From positions 1-63,076 of the forward strand of contig JBFLGF010000078.1 of assembly GCA_050230475.1 (NCBI GenBank): 63,076 nt of DNA, read 5' to 3'. Positions 40,401-53,120 of the stretch are shown piece after piece. Every line of letters begins with the position of its first letter. Position 1 is the stretch's first letter. A program made the translations under genes and the position numbers. The notes under the pieces are model-generated. The model was given only the letters and a program-made list of their open reading frames with translations. It did no database searches and was not told the origin of the DNA. This stretch comes from Ancylonema sp. (taxonomy: Eukaryota).

Positions 40401-41870
40401 TCTGAGGTGAGCCACATGTGCCCCGGCAGCAACACGGTAATCCCACCTCCCCTCACCCCTCACCCCTCACCCCTCACCCCTCACCCCGTTCCAGATTCGA
40501 GGACTACTACGCCAACCGCGTCGCCCAGCTCACCTTCACCTTCCCTGAGAGTGCGGTCACATCCACAGGAGCGCCCTTCTGGTCGGCGCCCAAGAGGTTC
40601 CCCAAGCCGCTCCTCTTCAGCTCCAGCGACGACTCGTGCGTCTCCTTTGTGCAATCAGGGGCGATTCTGAAGGCGGGGACTTATGGCATCCCCGTGCCTG
40701 AATGGGCCCACGACTCTGTGAAGCTGGCAGCAGCTGTTGAGAAGGTGGAAATGCCCCTCTTCAAGCCAAAAGAGGTGAGTGCCCGAGTGCCCGAGTGGGG
40801 ACGGGGTTTGTGAACAAGTGCAGGGGGGGCACTGTGTGGCGCGTGCAGGGGGTGAAGATCGAGACAGACGAGAAGGCCACCAAGGCCATCACCAACACCG
40901 CAATCGACGACGAGGGCGCGATTGAGGAGCTGGGGGAGAAGGCGACATCGGCGATCCAAAGTTTGGGTCCGGGCTTCAAGATGACGCCAATCCAGTTCGA
41001 GACGGTGGGGAGTGGTGGCATGGTGGGAGAGGAGGGGAGTGATCTCTGTGGGTGGGGGTGGGTGGGGCCAGGATGACGACACCAACTTCCACATGGACCT
41101 CATCGCGGGTCTAGCCAACATGCGGGCGCGAAACTATGCCATCCCAGAGGTAGACAAGCTCAAGGCCAAGTTCATCGCTGGCCGGATCATCCCAGCCATC
41201 GCCACAACCACTGCACTGGCCACAGGTACAGGGGCACCAGATGGCTCTCGACTTCACTCCCCTGGGCGCATCTCAAATCAACGTCTTTCGCCCCCCCTTC
41301 TCCAGGCCTGGTTTGCCTCGAGCTGTACAAAGTCCTCCAGGGCCACAAAGTGGAGCTGTACCGCAACACGTTTGCCAACCTGGCTCTCCCTCTATTCTCC
41401 ATCGCGGAGCCCGTGGCCCCCAAGGAGTTCAAACACGAGGAGCTGAAGTGGACCGTGTGGGACCGATGGGTGGTGGAAGGGGACCTCACCCTCCGGGAAT
41501 TCCTGGCCTGGTTCGACAAAAAGAACCTCAGTGTGTATAGGTGGGTGGCTCATCACAGGGCCGGTCGACAGACGCGAAGCAGGCTGCTCGTGTTTTGGGT
41601 GCAGTGTGTGTCTTTACTTTTATGCTCGATCTTACTCACCCTGGTGCAACCTCACACTGGTGCAGCATCTCCTGCGGGCATAGTCTGTTGTACAACAACA
41701 TCTTCCCCGCACACAAGAACAGAATGGACCGGAAGATGTCACACCTTGCCAAGGAAATCGCAAAAATGGACATCCCAACTTCAAGACGCCACTTCGATGT
41801 GGTGGTGGCGTGTGAGGATCCAGAAGGAGAGGACATGGATGTACCACTGGTGTCCATCCAATTTCGATAG
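37490..41870 (+). CDS. UBA1: Ubiquitin-activating enzyme E1
   Basis: About nine exons. [39 protein letters not shown], catalytic [21 protein letters not shown], and a C-terminal ubiquitin-fold domain. Confidence 0.97.
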
Positions 41871-43614
41871 AGATGAATGGGGATGTGGTGTGGCCCATAG
41901 CAACCGGTATTTGTTTCTCGAATGAACATCCCGGGTGGAATGTTACAATCGGAGTAGGACAGTCAAGTCAACATAAAATGTGACTGCGGCAATTGTATCA
42001 ATATTACCTTGAATGGGATTGGTCCCTATCATAGCCGATTGTGCCACAACAAATACTCCCTTGTGGACATTGCTTTCGCTTGACATTCTGGAGGTTATGT
42101 ATATCTCAATACGGCATTTAATACCAAATAACAACAATGCTACATGTATACATAAATTTTCATGCATCGTGGGCTGAGTACGTGAACGCTCGAAATAAGC
42201 AGCATACATACGACTCACATCACAATGCTGGCCTAGCTTGGCTATGTGTTGCTCATGAGGGGGGGGGGAATACATTTGGTGCATGTTTTGTGATGGTGTC
42301 GACGACATTCTGTGTCAACGTTGAGTGTGACAAATTTGCTATCACTCAATTGTCACTCGATGGTAATTGGGGGGAGGTTGGTGGAGAGTAACTAAAGTCA
42401 CTAGAGTCTCAAGAGTCGCTAAATACTAGCAAAGCGCTTGATGGATGCAAGTCTGCAATTACGATACAATGGGTAAATGGAATGCAGAACAAAATGAAAA
42501 TGTTTGTGGGTCTCGATGATATTCGACAATTTGTGAAAATTACACTAGTTGTGCGTGATTGTGTCAAGTTGAATTCGCGATGTTGTAGTTCTAATTCCAT
42601 GTAGCGAAGTACTAATCATTGTCAATCGTTTTCATGCTTTAGAATCGGTGTTCATTGCGGCCATCCGACGACAGTAAAAACTATCGATGCGTCTTTTCGA
42701 GTAGACGTAATTAGGCAAGATTCACTCCTAGATCTTGCAAGTCACCTATAGGTCGTCTGCTGATCGCTATAACGAGTTGATAAACACCGCGCTTGACAAC
42801 CAACAACTGAGAGACGCAAAAACACTAAGTCTGCCTTCTGGCTAGGCAATGCATTGGCCTCAACGTAACGTGTTCGAAATGTTAATGGTTGCAAGTATCG
42901 CCGAATGCAAGTATCACACTCAAAGTGCACATTCTCATCGATCGTCTTTGCCGGACTCAAATACAGATTACACAACAATTCCAATGTGAAACTGTCGGCG
43001 GTCCCTGAGGTGTACTCGGACCGAATGACTGAATGAGGTCTGAGTACAAAGATTACAATATGCATGGTTTCCTAGCAGGTCGTTTGGTTGTTGTGAGGTG
43101 CCGCTTAGCTGGCTAGCTAACCGACATACTTGCTACTCCATTACTAGCCAATTATTATAGTAGCGACGTCACCTATATCACTTCCACAACTGGATACAAT
43201 GCATGGCTGCCAAAGAGAATCTCCTGCCGTACCGTCGCATCGTTGGCTTCCGCTAGCTGTTGCCAAGGGTGCGTAAGAATCCGAGATTCATGGCGTGTGT
43301 TGTATGGGCATCATACAGGCGGTGTTAAATCACGAAACGTACGCTCCTAACAAGATGGACGCGTACCTAACAAATGGCAATACCATGCGCTGGCTGGTTG
43401 CTCTCAAACATGCTAGCCAAGCGTGTCGCTCACAATCCACCTCGGGGGCTCGATATCGTAGCATCTCGCTTGGGGAGGGGGGGGCGATTAATCCACCTTG
43501 CCTACGCCCAACTCCACCATGCGGAGGGCGTAGGGGAAATGATTCGAGGGGAGGAACCAAATTTTACATTCTTGTGAATTTCAGCCTAGTTTGGCGCTAG
43601 TGACGGCCGAGGCA

Positions 43615-43745
43615 TAGAGTTTGAGCCAGCACAAGAGGTTGTTGAGGGTGAGGGGGGGATACCTAGAGATCTCCCTCGGCGTGACATTAAGGAGAAAAAG
43701 TTCAACTTGGGTTCAAGTTTGCTTGAGGAGGAGATGGACCTTGCC
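43615..43745 (+). mobile_element. Short relic of a gypsy pol linker related to the element at 56.7-62.9 kb
   Basis: Translates EGEGGIPRDLPRRDIKEKKFNLGSSLLEEE, compared with EGEGGRRKYPPQRDKTHKFNLGTSLQEAD at 61518-61605. Confidence 0.5.
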
Positions 43746-44701
43746 ACCGCAGCCACACAGCTGCACATCTTCTTGGACCGGAGGGGGCAGGCGTTCCAAG
43801 AAGTTGCCGATGTCAATGCGCAACCTTGCGATTTCTTAGCAGCGTAGAAGTAGAGAGAAAGGCTTGTGCGCGGAAGTGGTTAGGACCACCCCAAGGCGTC
43901 ATCCAAGCCTGGAAAACCCTAAACATATAAGGCTGCAACGCTTATCGTGTACAAAACCTTCAAATAATAAGGTCACGTACTAGCTGGCAACCCCAACAAT
44001 AACGGTATAACCCTAAACATTTGGATATGAGGATGAATTTCCCTCCAATGGCAGCCCCATCCTTCAAAACCCTAAAATTATATCAGGTCACATTCCGGTT
44101 GGCAGCCCCAACAATAATAGTATGACCCTTAATATTTGGGTCTCATGAAGAATGTCGATTACGAGTGGCAATGCCCCAAGCATCCAGGTATAAACACTAC
44201 ATAGTCATGTCACCACACGCTCATCGGCACTTGACCCGTTTAAGATTTTTTTTTTGACGTTAAGCTGCAACTTTACTTCAAGATTATCAACTTCTTGGCG
44301 TCTCAAGTAACAGCTAAGATGGATGTCTTTACTCGTGAAAATGGAAAGATGACTGTTGTCGTCGCGATACGCACTTCGGAAGGTGGGGGGCTTGGAAGGA
44401 GTTTGCATGTTGACACTTTACTTGAGGAAACTCTGCAAATAAAGTTGTCGCTCAGAAGAAGACTTCACATTGTAATTAAATTTACATGGGTCTGGGATTG
44501 AATTTTCCAATTGAGATTGGCAGCCCAAATTTGACAAATTTTGACAAATAGCCCTAAAAATTAACTTTTTTTCTTTTCAAAGTCATGGATCGATGACTTG
44601 ACTCCATTTGGAATCCGAACGCGAACTAACGCATTCAGAATCGCAGCCCCTTCATCAATTGATAAAAATGGCAATGCAGTGGGACGGTAAAAATTACGAT
44701 A

Positions 44702-45295
44702 CAATAAACAATAGTCATTGGCACATCTTTGGTACACGAGAAACGTGTGCTCTACAACAAGTTATGCTTGTAGCAGGTTAATTGCGTTACAGGACACATT
44801 TGCCAAAGAGCTCTGAGGCAGATATGCCTGGAACGAGGGAATCTAAATATTTTTCTTTCAGAGTCCGCAAACTTCGTTTGCCATGTCGCTGAACTTTTGT
44901 CAACATGAAATATTGTCTTATTTGCTGATTGGAGTGTAATGATACTTGAAATGATATCATATTCACTCTATCGTGCTATCTAGAATCGCCTACACACACA
45001 AGTGTTATGCTTCACTATGAACGAATACAAGCGCACGTGCCACCGCGCCAACAAACTCATCGACTCGTGTCTCCCACACGTGTGGTCAAATATGTCACGT
45101 CAGCAAGTTTTATGACGTCATAACTCGTTACAGGCACAAAATCTGGGTGTGCCTTTTTGTATAATGTAATGTGCCTGTAATGTGGTGTCGCCTATAACGA
45201 AGACGATTTTGGCGGGGGAAAGTTGGTACACGCGATTTTGGTGCCTATAACGTGAATGTGCCTATAACGAGTATGCCCATAACGAGTATTTACTG
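44702..45295. mobile_element. pogo-like MITE related to 7932-8412 (second copy ~48635-49257)
   Basis: TA-flanked ends CAATAAACAATAGTCATTGGCAC ... TGCCCATAACGAGTATTTACTG. Internal 45190-45245 is the reverse complement of ~7995-8050. Confidence 0.65.
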
Positions 45296-45533
45296 TACAT
45301 GCCAATAACGAGTGTTTACTGAACATGCTGCAAGAGCTCTGTAAATCAGGAAATTACTTACACGCCTGTCCGATCGATCATGCAGAAGCTTGCGACGCCT
45401 TGTAGCCCCCGACCAGGACCTTCTGTCTGATGTGACCGTTCCAGTACGATTATCTATGTTCAGGAAAACCGCATTCTCACACGGACGCTCTTGCCATTCC
45501 GTACCTTTATGATCATTTCTTCAAAAAATAGTC

Positions 45534-46831
45534 ATGGCTTTCGTCGCGGATTTGTGCCCTTGCAGCTTCATACGAGGAGACATAAAGTTTCCCAGTAATG
45601 CAGCTAAAAAATCAAGCTCTGTGTTCAGGATATTCGAAGGCATGTTCCACTAACATTCGCGCAATGGCGACAGGAGCTTCAACTTCTATAAAGGTTCGCC
45701 TCTCAAGCAGCTGCCTTTCTTAACAACAGTATGCCCACCTGAGGATGGCCTGTAATTGTGCGAATACTGGAGCTCGTGAGTGCAGGTTGTGGTGAATGGT
45801 GCTGGGACTTCTTTGGGTCGGGCAGCCATTCGAGCCATATCAGCTGCCCGGGGAATGGAAGTCGCAGCGGCTGTGGATAGCAGCGCGACTCTTGCTGGAC
45901 AGGATGCTGGCGAGGTTCGTTAAGGACCCCGTTATACGATACTGAACCCTAGCCCTGCTCTTGGGTGTGTCAGAAGCGGAAATCTGAGAATACGAGGCTG
46001 TGATGTCTAATGCGGCATTCGGTCTTTTATTTGAATCGCGACATGCACTGAGATCCTAACTGTGGACCTGGGTGTAGGGTGGGTAGATGGCAGGTTTGGA
46101 GGAACCCCTGGAGGTGCCCGTGGTGTCCGACCTGCTGTTGGTGCTCGGGTCGCTGGCGCAGACTAGCGGCCCTGCAGTGGTGGCCGACCTGCGGCCCACA
46201 GCAGACGATGCGTACGAAAACGTCCGCCAGGCCACCGCATTTGGCCTGCGGAGCGTGGTTGGAGAGGCTACCCTCCCCCCCGACTACCTCCAGAAGCTCT
46301 CTGTCTTCTGTGACAAGGCGTCCATGGGCTGCGTGGTGGCGCCCAGTCTGAGCGTTGGGGCCAGCCTGTTGCAGCAGTCTGCGGCTTCGGCGGCCTTCTT
46401 CTACTCAACTGTTGACCTGGTGGAGTACAGGAGCCCTGAGCACCACCCACACCCCCCATCCCCAGCGGCACTGGCAGTGGCAGAGGCACTGGCAGGGCTG
46501 GGACGGAGGTTCAAGGACGACGGGAAGGCAGCGGAGGTAGGAGCCCAAGTGGTGGAGCTGGAGGAGGGAGTGCGGTGGCAGGGTCTCCCCCATCCCTGCC
46601 CAGGAGTCACAAGTCTAGAAGTCGTGTTCCGCGCAACAGGGCAGAGGCTGCGGCTGTGCCACGAGGTGGAGAATGAGGAGGCGCTGATGCCAGGTCTGCT
46701 GCTGGCGCTGAGGAGGGTGACCAGACTGAAGGTGAGGGAAAATGAGAGGGGAGAGGTGGGGTGGAGGTTGACAATGGCTGTGGGGGTGGAGGGTCCAGAG
46801 CTTGGTGTACGGCCTGCATAAGATCTTGTGA
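45534..46831 (+). CDS. CRR1: Dihydrodipicolinate reductase-like CRR1, copy 1
   Basis: VVVNGAG..GRAAI..GQDAGE|MAGLEEPLEVPVVSDL..YENVRQATAFG..FCDKASMGCVVAPSLSVG..LMPGLLLALRRVTRLK|SLVYGLHKIL*. A 1-nt insertion near 45631 shifts the transit-peptide frame relative to copy 2. Confidence 0.85.
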
Positions 46832-47386
46832 TCTTGTGATCTCGCGATCTTGCGATCTTGCGATCTTGCTACCAAGGAGGCACAGAGCGTTGAGCGAATG
46901 TGGTGGGATTTTGACGTAATTAAGCAACGGCAATAAACCAAGCCCCGATTGAATGACAACATCACTGTGGTTGGTTTCATGAATGAGTGCCAAACGTCCA
47001 ATCGTTGCTCTGTATGTCTGCTAAATCGTTCGGGATCCGACTGCATCCAAATGAAACCTTTGAAACCCTTACAAAATTGGTTGGAACGAAATACGTTGAG
47101 CACCTTCGTTATGTACGGCCAAAGTAAGGAAAGGAATAGTGGACTTCATTCACAGGCTCAGTTTTCCAATCTGTACAGTGCAGAGTGTACACTGTATGGG
47201 AGGGATAGGACCCCCCATCATCTCAATTGCACCACCATGGCTGCTTGTATTTTTTTGTATTTACATCCCCAAACCCCTAAAACGTAAGTAATTGCAGTGC
47301 GGAGCAGCGGTCAGAATATCAGTAGGCACGTCTCTCGACCATTTGCTTCCCAGACGCGAAAAATTTCGAAAAAAACCGGTGATACA

Positions 47387-48500
47387 CTAGCTAGCTGGTT
47401 TGTTTCCCTCGCGCGGTACGCCCACCCCTTCGTACAGAGCCGAGTAGTCCACGTCGCCGTACCCGCGGTCCAGTGTCTCCTTCACCGCTGCCAGCAGCCC
47501 CTGCAGCTCGAGAAGCAGTGGTTGTGAAACCGCGAGGTGGGGGGGTGGGGTGGGTGCTTCACCTGCTGGGGGGCGGTGATGAGTCCGGCCGCTGCAGCCT
47601 CGTCCATAAACAGAGCGCAGTCTTTCAAGAGATGGCGTGTGTGGAAATTGGCGTTGCTGTAGTCATGGGCGATCATTTTGGGTAGCTTTTTGTCAAACTG
47701 TTTGGCGTGCATGGCGCTGCCCCTTAGCACGGCCATGAACGTGTTCACGTCCACGCCGTTGGCCACCACCACCCCCAGGGAGGCACTGAAGGCTGCCTGC
47801 TCCATGGCCAGAAGGTTGTTCAGGGACAGCTTCAACTGCCGCCCCACACCCCACCCCTCAGTCCACACTGCCCTCAGCTGTTCCTCCTGTGCCACCGTGC
47901 TCATGCGCTCACAGCAGCAGCTGCGCCCACAGGGCCAACATGAATCCGCTGCTCGCCCAACGCAGCCAGCACGCGATCCACAGCATGGCGCACCCATCAT
48001 GATTTCTGCAGCCTCCCCTTGCGATGGACCTGCGCACATCACACATAGGAGACGGGAGCACGTTAAGCGAGGGTATTGGAAAGGAGGTGGAGGTGGAGGT
48101 GGATCATGTGTGGCGCTCGCACCGGGCAATGTACACAGCCCCCTCCTTTGCACACATAGCACTAAGGATGCGGCTCTGGTTCGCGCTGATGGTACCCATC
48201 TGCACCACTGTCTTCCCCCTCAGCCGCACCCTGGGGGGGGAAGAGTACGGACACGATGGCAGGATGATCTGACAGCAGGAGGAGCACACGGTGCTGTCAC
48301 ACTTAAGCCGCTGGATGGTGGGAGCCAGGGCAGCCTCCTGCTGCCGCTCCTGGCTGCGAGTCCAGACTTGCACGGCAAACCCTTGCGAGTGGAGGCGGAC
48401 AGCAATGGATTTTCCTAATAGGCCTAGGCCCAGGACTGACACTGACACGGGCGCACCTCCTCTGCCAGACCACCACCCACGGTTCATACGGGATACGGTC
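47387..48500 (-). pseudogene. Beta-hydroxyacid dehydrogenase (3-hydroxyisobutyrate/6PGD-like), copy 1, frameshifted and 5'-truncated
   Basis: VSVLGLGLLGKSIA.RL..WTRS, VVQMGTIS, LKLSLNNLLA..FDKKLPKM..YSNANFHTRHLLKD..DYSALY. The middle is garbled and the first exon is missing. Confidence 0.75.
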
Positions 48501-49469
48501 AAAGACCTATCCTACTCGTTATTCCGATAGGGTTGGTCGAAGACGGTTCATACGGGATACGGTCAAAGACTTCAAATCTTACTCTGGGACCATATCCGTT
48601 ATCCATTAAGGACCACTGAGGTTCAGAGNAGAATTACGATAAATACTAGTCATTGGCACATCTTTGGTACACGAGAAACGTGTGCCTACAACATGGTTAT
48701 GTTTGTAGCAGGTTAATTGCGTTACAGACACATTTGCCAAAGGGCTCGGGGCAGAGGGAACGAGGGAATCTAAATATTTTGTTTTCGGAGTTTGCAAACT
48801 TCGTTTGCCATGTCGCCATACTTTTGTCAACAAAAACTTTTGTCTTATTTGCTGATTGGAGTGTAATGATACTTGAAATGATATCATATTCACCCGGTCG
48901 TGCTATCTAGAATCGCCTACACACACATGTTATGCACTGTTTGAACGAATACAAGCGCACGTGCCACCGCGCTAACAAACTCATCACTCGTGTCTCCCAC
49001 ACGTGTGGTCAAATATGTCATGTCAGCAAGCTTTATAGCGTCATTATTCGTTACAGGCACAAAATCGCCCTCTGGGTGTGCCTGTAATGTGGTGTATAAT
49101 GTAATGTGCCTGTAATGTATATCGCCTATAACGAAGACGATTTCCTGTGTCCAAGGGGGAATGTTGGGACACGCGATTCTGATGCCTACAAAGTGAATGG
49201 GCCTATAACAAGTATGCCCATAACGAGTGTTTACGAGCGTGTAACGAGTGTTTACTGAACATGCTGCAGGAGCTAGGTACTGCAGGAAATTCCTTACATT
49301 TCTGTCTCCTCGATCATGCAGAAGCTTGCGACACCTTGTAGCTTCCGACCAGGACCTTCTGTCTGATGTGACCGTTCCAGTACGATTATCTATGTCCAGG
49401 GAAACCGCATTCTCACACGGACGCTCTTGCCATTCCGTACCTTTATGATCATTTCTTAAAAAAATAGTC

Positions 49470-50755
49470 ATGGCTTTCGTCGCGGATTTGTGCCCTTGCA
49501 GCTTCATACGAGGAGACATAAAGTTTCCCAGTAATGCAGCTAAAAAATCAAGCTCTGTGTTCAGGAGTTCGAAGGCATGTTCCACTAACATTCGCGCAAT
49601 GGCGACAGGAGCTTCAACTTCTATAAAGGTTCGCCTCTCAAGCAGCTGCCTTTCTTAACAACAGTATGAGGATGGCCTGTAATTGTGCGAATACTGGAGC
49701 TCGTGAGTGCAGGTTGTGGTGAATGGTGCCGGGACGCCTTTGGGTCGGGCAGCCATTCGAGCCATATCAGCTGCCCGCGGAATGGAAGTTGCAGCGGCTG
49801 TGGATAGCAGCGCGACTCTAGCTGGACAGGATGCTGGCGAGGTTCGTTAAGCACCCCGTTATAAGATACTGAACCCTAGCCCTGCTCCTGGGTGTGTCAG
49901 AAGTGGAAATCTGAAGATAGGTTGTGTCGTATAATGCAGCATCCGGTCTTTCACTTGAACCGTACCATGCACGGAGATCCTAACTGTGGACCTGAATGTA
50001 GGGTGGGTAGATGGCAGGTTTGGAGGAACCCCTGGAGGTGCCCGTGGTGTCCGACTTGCTGTTGGTGCTCGGGTCGCTGGCACAGACTAGCGGCGCTGCA
50101 GTGGTGGCTGACCTGCGGCCCTCAGCGGACGATGCGTACGAAAACGTCCGCCAGGCGACCGCGTTTGGTCTGCGGAGCGTAGTGGGGGAGGCCACCCTGT
50201 CCCCTGACTACCTCCAGAAGCTCTCTGTCTTCTGTGACAAGGCGTCCATGGGCTGCGTAGTGGCGCCCAGTCTGAGCGTTGGGGCCAGCCTGCTGCAGCA
50301 GTCTGCGGCTGCAGCGGCCTTCTTCTACTCGACTGTCGACCTGGTGGAGTACCGGAGCCCCGAGCAGCACGCACACCCCCCGTCCCCAGCGGCACTAGCA
50401 GTGGCGGAGGCGCTGGCAGGGCTGGGAAGGAGGTTCAAGGACGACGGGTGGGCAGCGGAGGCAGGGGCCCTGGGGGCGGAGCTGGAGGAGTGAGTGCGGT
50501 GGCAGGGCGTCCCCCACCCCCGCCCGGGAGCCACCAGTTTGGAAGTGGTGTTCCGCGCAGCGGGGCAGAGGTTGCGGCTGTGCCACGAGGTGGAGAGTGA
50601 GGAGGCGCTGATGCCGGGGCTGCTGCTGGCGCTGAGGAGGGTGACCAGACTGAAGGTGAGGGAGAGTGGGAGGGGAGAGGTGGGGTGGAGGTTGACAATG
50701 GCTGTGGGGGTGGAGGGTGCAGGGCTTGGTGTACGGCCTGCATAAGATCTTGTGA
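49470..50755 (+). pseudogene. CRR1: CRR1 copy 2 with premature stop
   Basis: Intact first exon (MAFVADLC..STSIK), but GGA in copy 1 is TGA at 50491-50493. Confidence 0.8.
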
Positions 50756-51233
50756 TCTTGTGATCTTGCTACCAAGACACAGGGCGTTGAGTGAATTTGA
50801 TGCAGTATAGCCAACCCCGATTGGATGACGATAAGTGCTAGTGTGAGTGCAAAACGTCCAATCGTTTCTCTGCTAAATCGTTCGGATCCGACTGCATCCA
50901 AATGAAACCTTTAAACCCTTACAAAATTGGTTGCAACGAAATACGTTGGGCACCTTCGTTATGTACGGCCAAAGGAAGGAAAGGAATAGTGGACTCCATT
51001 CACAGGCTCAGTTTTCCAATCTGTACAACACAGAGTGTACACTGTAGGGGAGGGATGGACCCTCCCATCATCTCAATTGCACCACCATGGCTGCCTGTAT
51101 TTTTTTGTATTTACATCCCCCAAACCCTAATACGTAAGTAATTGCAGTGCGGAGCAGCGGTCAGAATATCAGGAGGCACTTCTCGACCGATGGGTCCCAG
51201 ACGCGCAAAATTTGGGAATAAAAGGGTGATACA

Positions 51234-53120
51234 CTAGCTAGCTGGTTTGTGGCCCTCGCGCGGTACGCCCACCCCTTCGTACAGAGCGGAGTAGTCCACG
51301 TTGCCGTACCCGCGGTCCAGTGTCTCCTTCACCGCTGCCAGCAGCCCCTGCAGGTCGAGAGGCAGTGGTTGTGAAACCTGGTGGTGGGGGGGTGGGGTGG
51401 GTGCCTCACCTGCTGGGGGGCGGTGATGAGTCCGGCCGCTGCCGCCTCGTCCATAAACAGAGCGCAGTCCTTCAAGAGATGGCGGGTGTGGAAATTGGCG
51501 TTGCTGTAGTCATGGGCGATCATTTTGGGTAGTTTTTTGTCAAACTGTTTGGCGTGCATGGCGCTGCCCCTTAGCACGGCCATGAACGTGTTCACGTCCA
51601 CCCCGTTGGCCACCGCCACCCCCAGGGAGGCACTGAAGGCCGCCTGCTCCATGGCCAGAAGGTTGTTCAGGGACAGCTTCAACTGCCGCCCCACACCCCA
51701 CCCCTCAGTCCACACCGCCCCTCTTGTGCCACCGTGCTCATGCGCTCACAGCAGCAGCTGCGCCCACAGGGCCAACATGAATCCGCTGCTCGCCCAACGC
51801 AGCCAGCACGCGATCCACATCGCCCCCCTCCTCGAACGGAGTGAATTGCCTGCGAGTAGGGTCGGTTGGTCGGTTCCTCTTTAACTGTCCCTCACACCTA
51901 GTTCTGTGTGTAATACACCTAAAGACGGTCTCAAGGATGTGCCTGCAGGTCATTGTAGGGGCCATGGCTGGCGGGGGGAGGAGGTGGGGGTACCCGCGGG
52001 TGGTCACCGCTGCAGCAGCCCCTGCGGGTTCGGCAGTGGTTGTGCAGCGTGCACCTGCTGGGCAGAGGAGATGAGAAAGGCCGCTGCCGCCTCGAGAACA
52101 GAGCGCAGAAGAGAAGGAGGTGAGGAAATAGTCATGGGGATCATTTTGGGAGGGTCAACTGTTTGGCTGCGGCGGCCCCTTAGCACGGTGAACGTGACTC
52201 CACCCCGCGAGGGAGCGGCCGCCTGGTTCGTGCAGGTATCGGAGCTTGAGGACCCCACCCCTCAGTCCACACCGCCCCTCTTCTCTCGTGCTTTGCGCTC
52301 ACAGGCAGCTGCGCCCTCAGGGCCATGAATCCGCTGCTCCAACTCAGCCAGCACGCGAGCACATCGCCCCCCTCCTCTGGCACGGCGGAGGCGCCCACAT
52401 GATTTGGAGGAACCCCCTGCATTGCGACCCTTGGACCTGCACCATGGACACGGAGGCACGTTAAGCGAGGATGTGGGAGGGGAATGTGTGCGCTTCACCG
52501 GGCTCTCGATGTACACAGCCCCCTCCGCTGCACACATCGCATTGAGGGTGCGCTCTGGTTCGCGCTGATGTACCCATCTCACCACCGTCTTCCCCTCTAG
52601 CCGCTGTGTGGCCTGGGGGGGGAAGGTACGGACACAATCGCAGGGACAGCAGCACCACGGTGCGTCACCCATTGCGGCCGCTGCCGATGGTGTTACCCTC
52701 AGGCCCGCCAGGGCAGCCTCCTGCTGCCGCTCCTGGCTGCGAGTCCAGACTTGTACGGCGAACCCTTGCGAGTGGAGGCGAAGAGCGATGGATTTTCCTA
52801 ATATGCCTAGGCCCAGGACTGACACTGACACGGGCGCACCTCCGCTGCCAGACAACCACCCACGGTTCATTCGGGATACGGTCAAAACGGAGGTTCAGAA
52901 AGGTGCACCTCTCGGAGGCAGACTCCATTCGAGGCGTTATCGTGCTCCGAAGCTTTCGCCTTCCGGAGTGTTGTTTGCGATTGACAAGCGCGTGCCTATC
53001 TGACAAGCGTCCAAACCCTTCAACTGTGACGAGACTCACGCTTGACGGAGCCTTCCACAATCCGAGTCTAGAGCACTCTGTGGCGATGAATAAAGGCTGA
53101 GCTGACACGACAATAGCCAT
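51234..53120 (-). CDS. Beta-hydroxyacid dehydrogenase copy 2 with putative transit peptide (centre garbled)
   Basis: ATG 53120 (MAIVVSAQPLF.., Ser/Arg-rich); GLGILG Rossmann motif; YIESPV; same C-terminal domain as copy 1. 51840-52330 is a degraded internal duplicate. Confidence 0.7.

Larger units (their letters stand above)
44692..52885. repeat. Tandem ~4-kb duplication (44692-~48505 / 48632-~52885) separated by N at 48629
   Basis: Both units carry MITE + CRR1 + dehydrogenase in the same order, with scattered substitutions and indels. Confidence 0.9.

Noticed and set aside
43900..44560. AACCCTAAA motifs as interstitial telomere
   Set aside because: Isolated single units within loosely repeated AT-rich DNA, not a tandem array.
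48917..49591. 224-aa minus-strand ORF
   Set aside because: Spans a MITE and the antisense of CRR1 exon 1, has no motifs, and is not preserved in the other duplicate.
51840..52330. Apparent novel insert in dehydrogenase copy 2
   Set aside because: It is a noisy duplicate of the neighbouring exons, consistent with poor consensus sequence.
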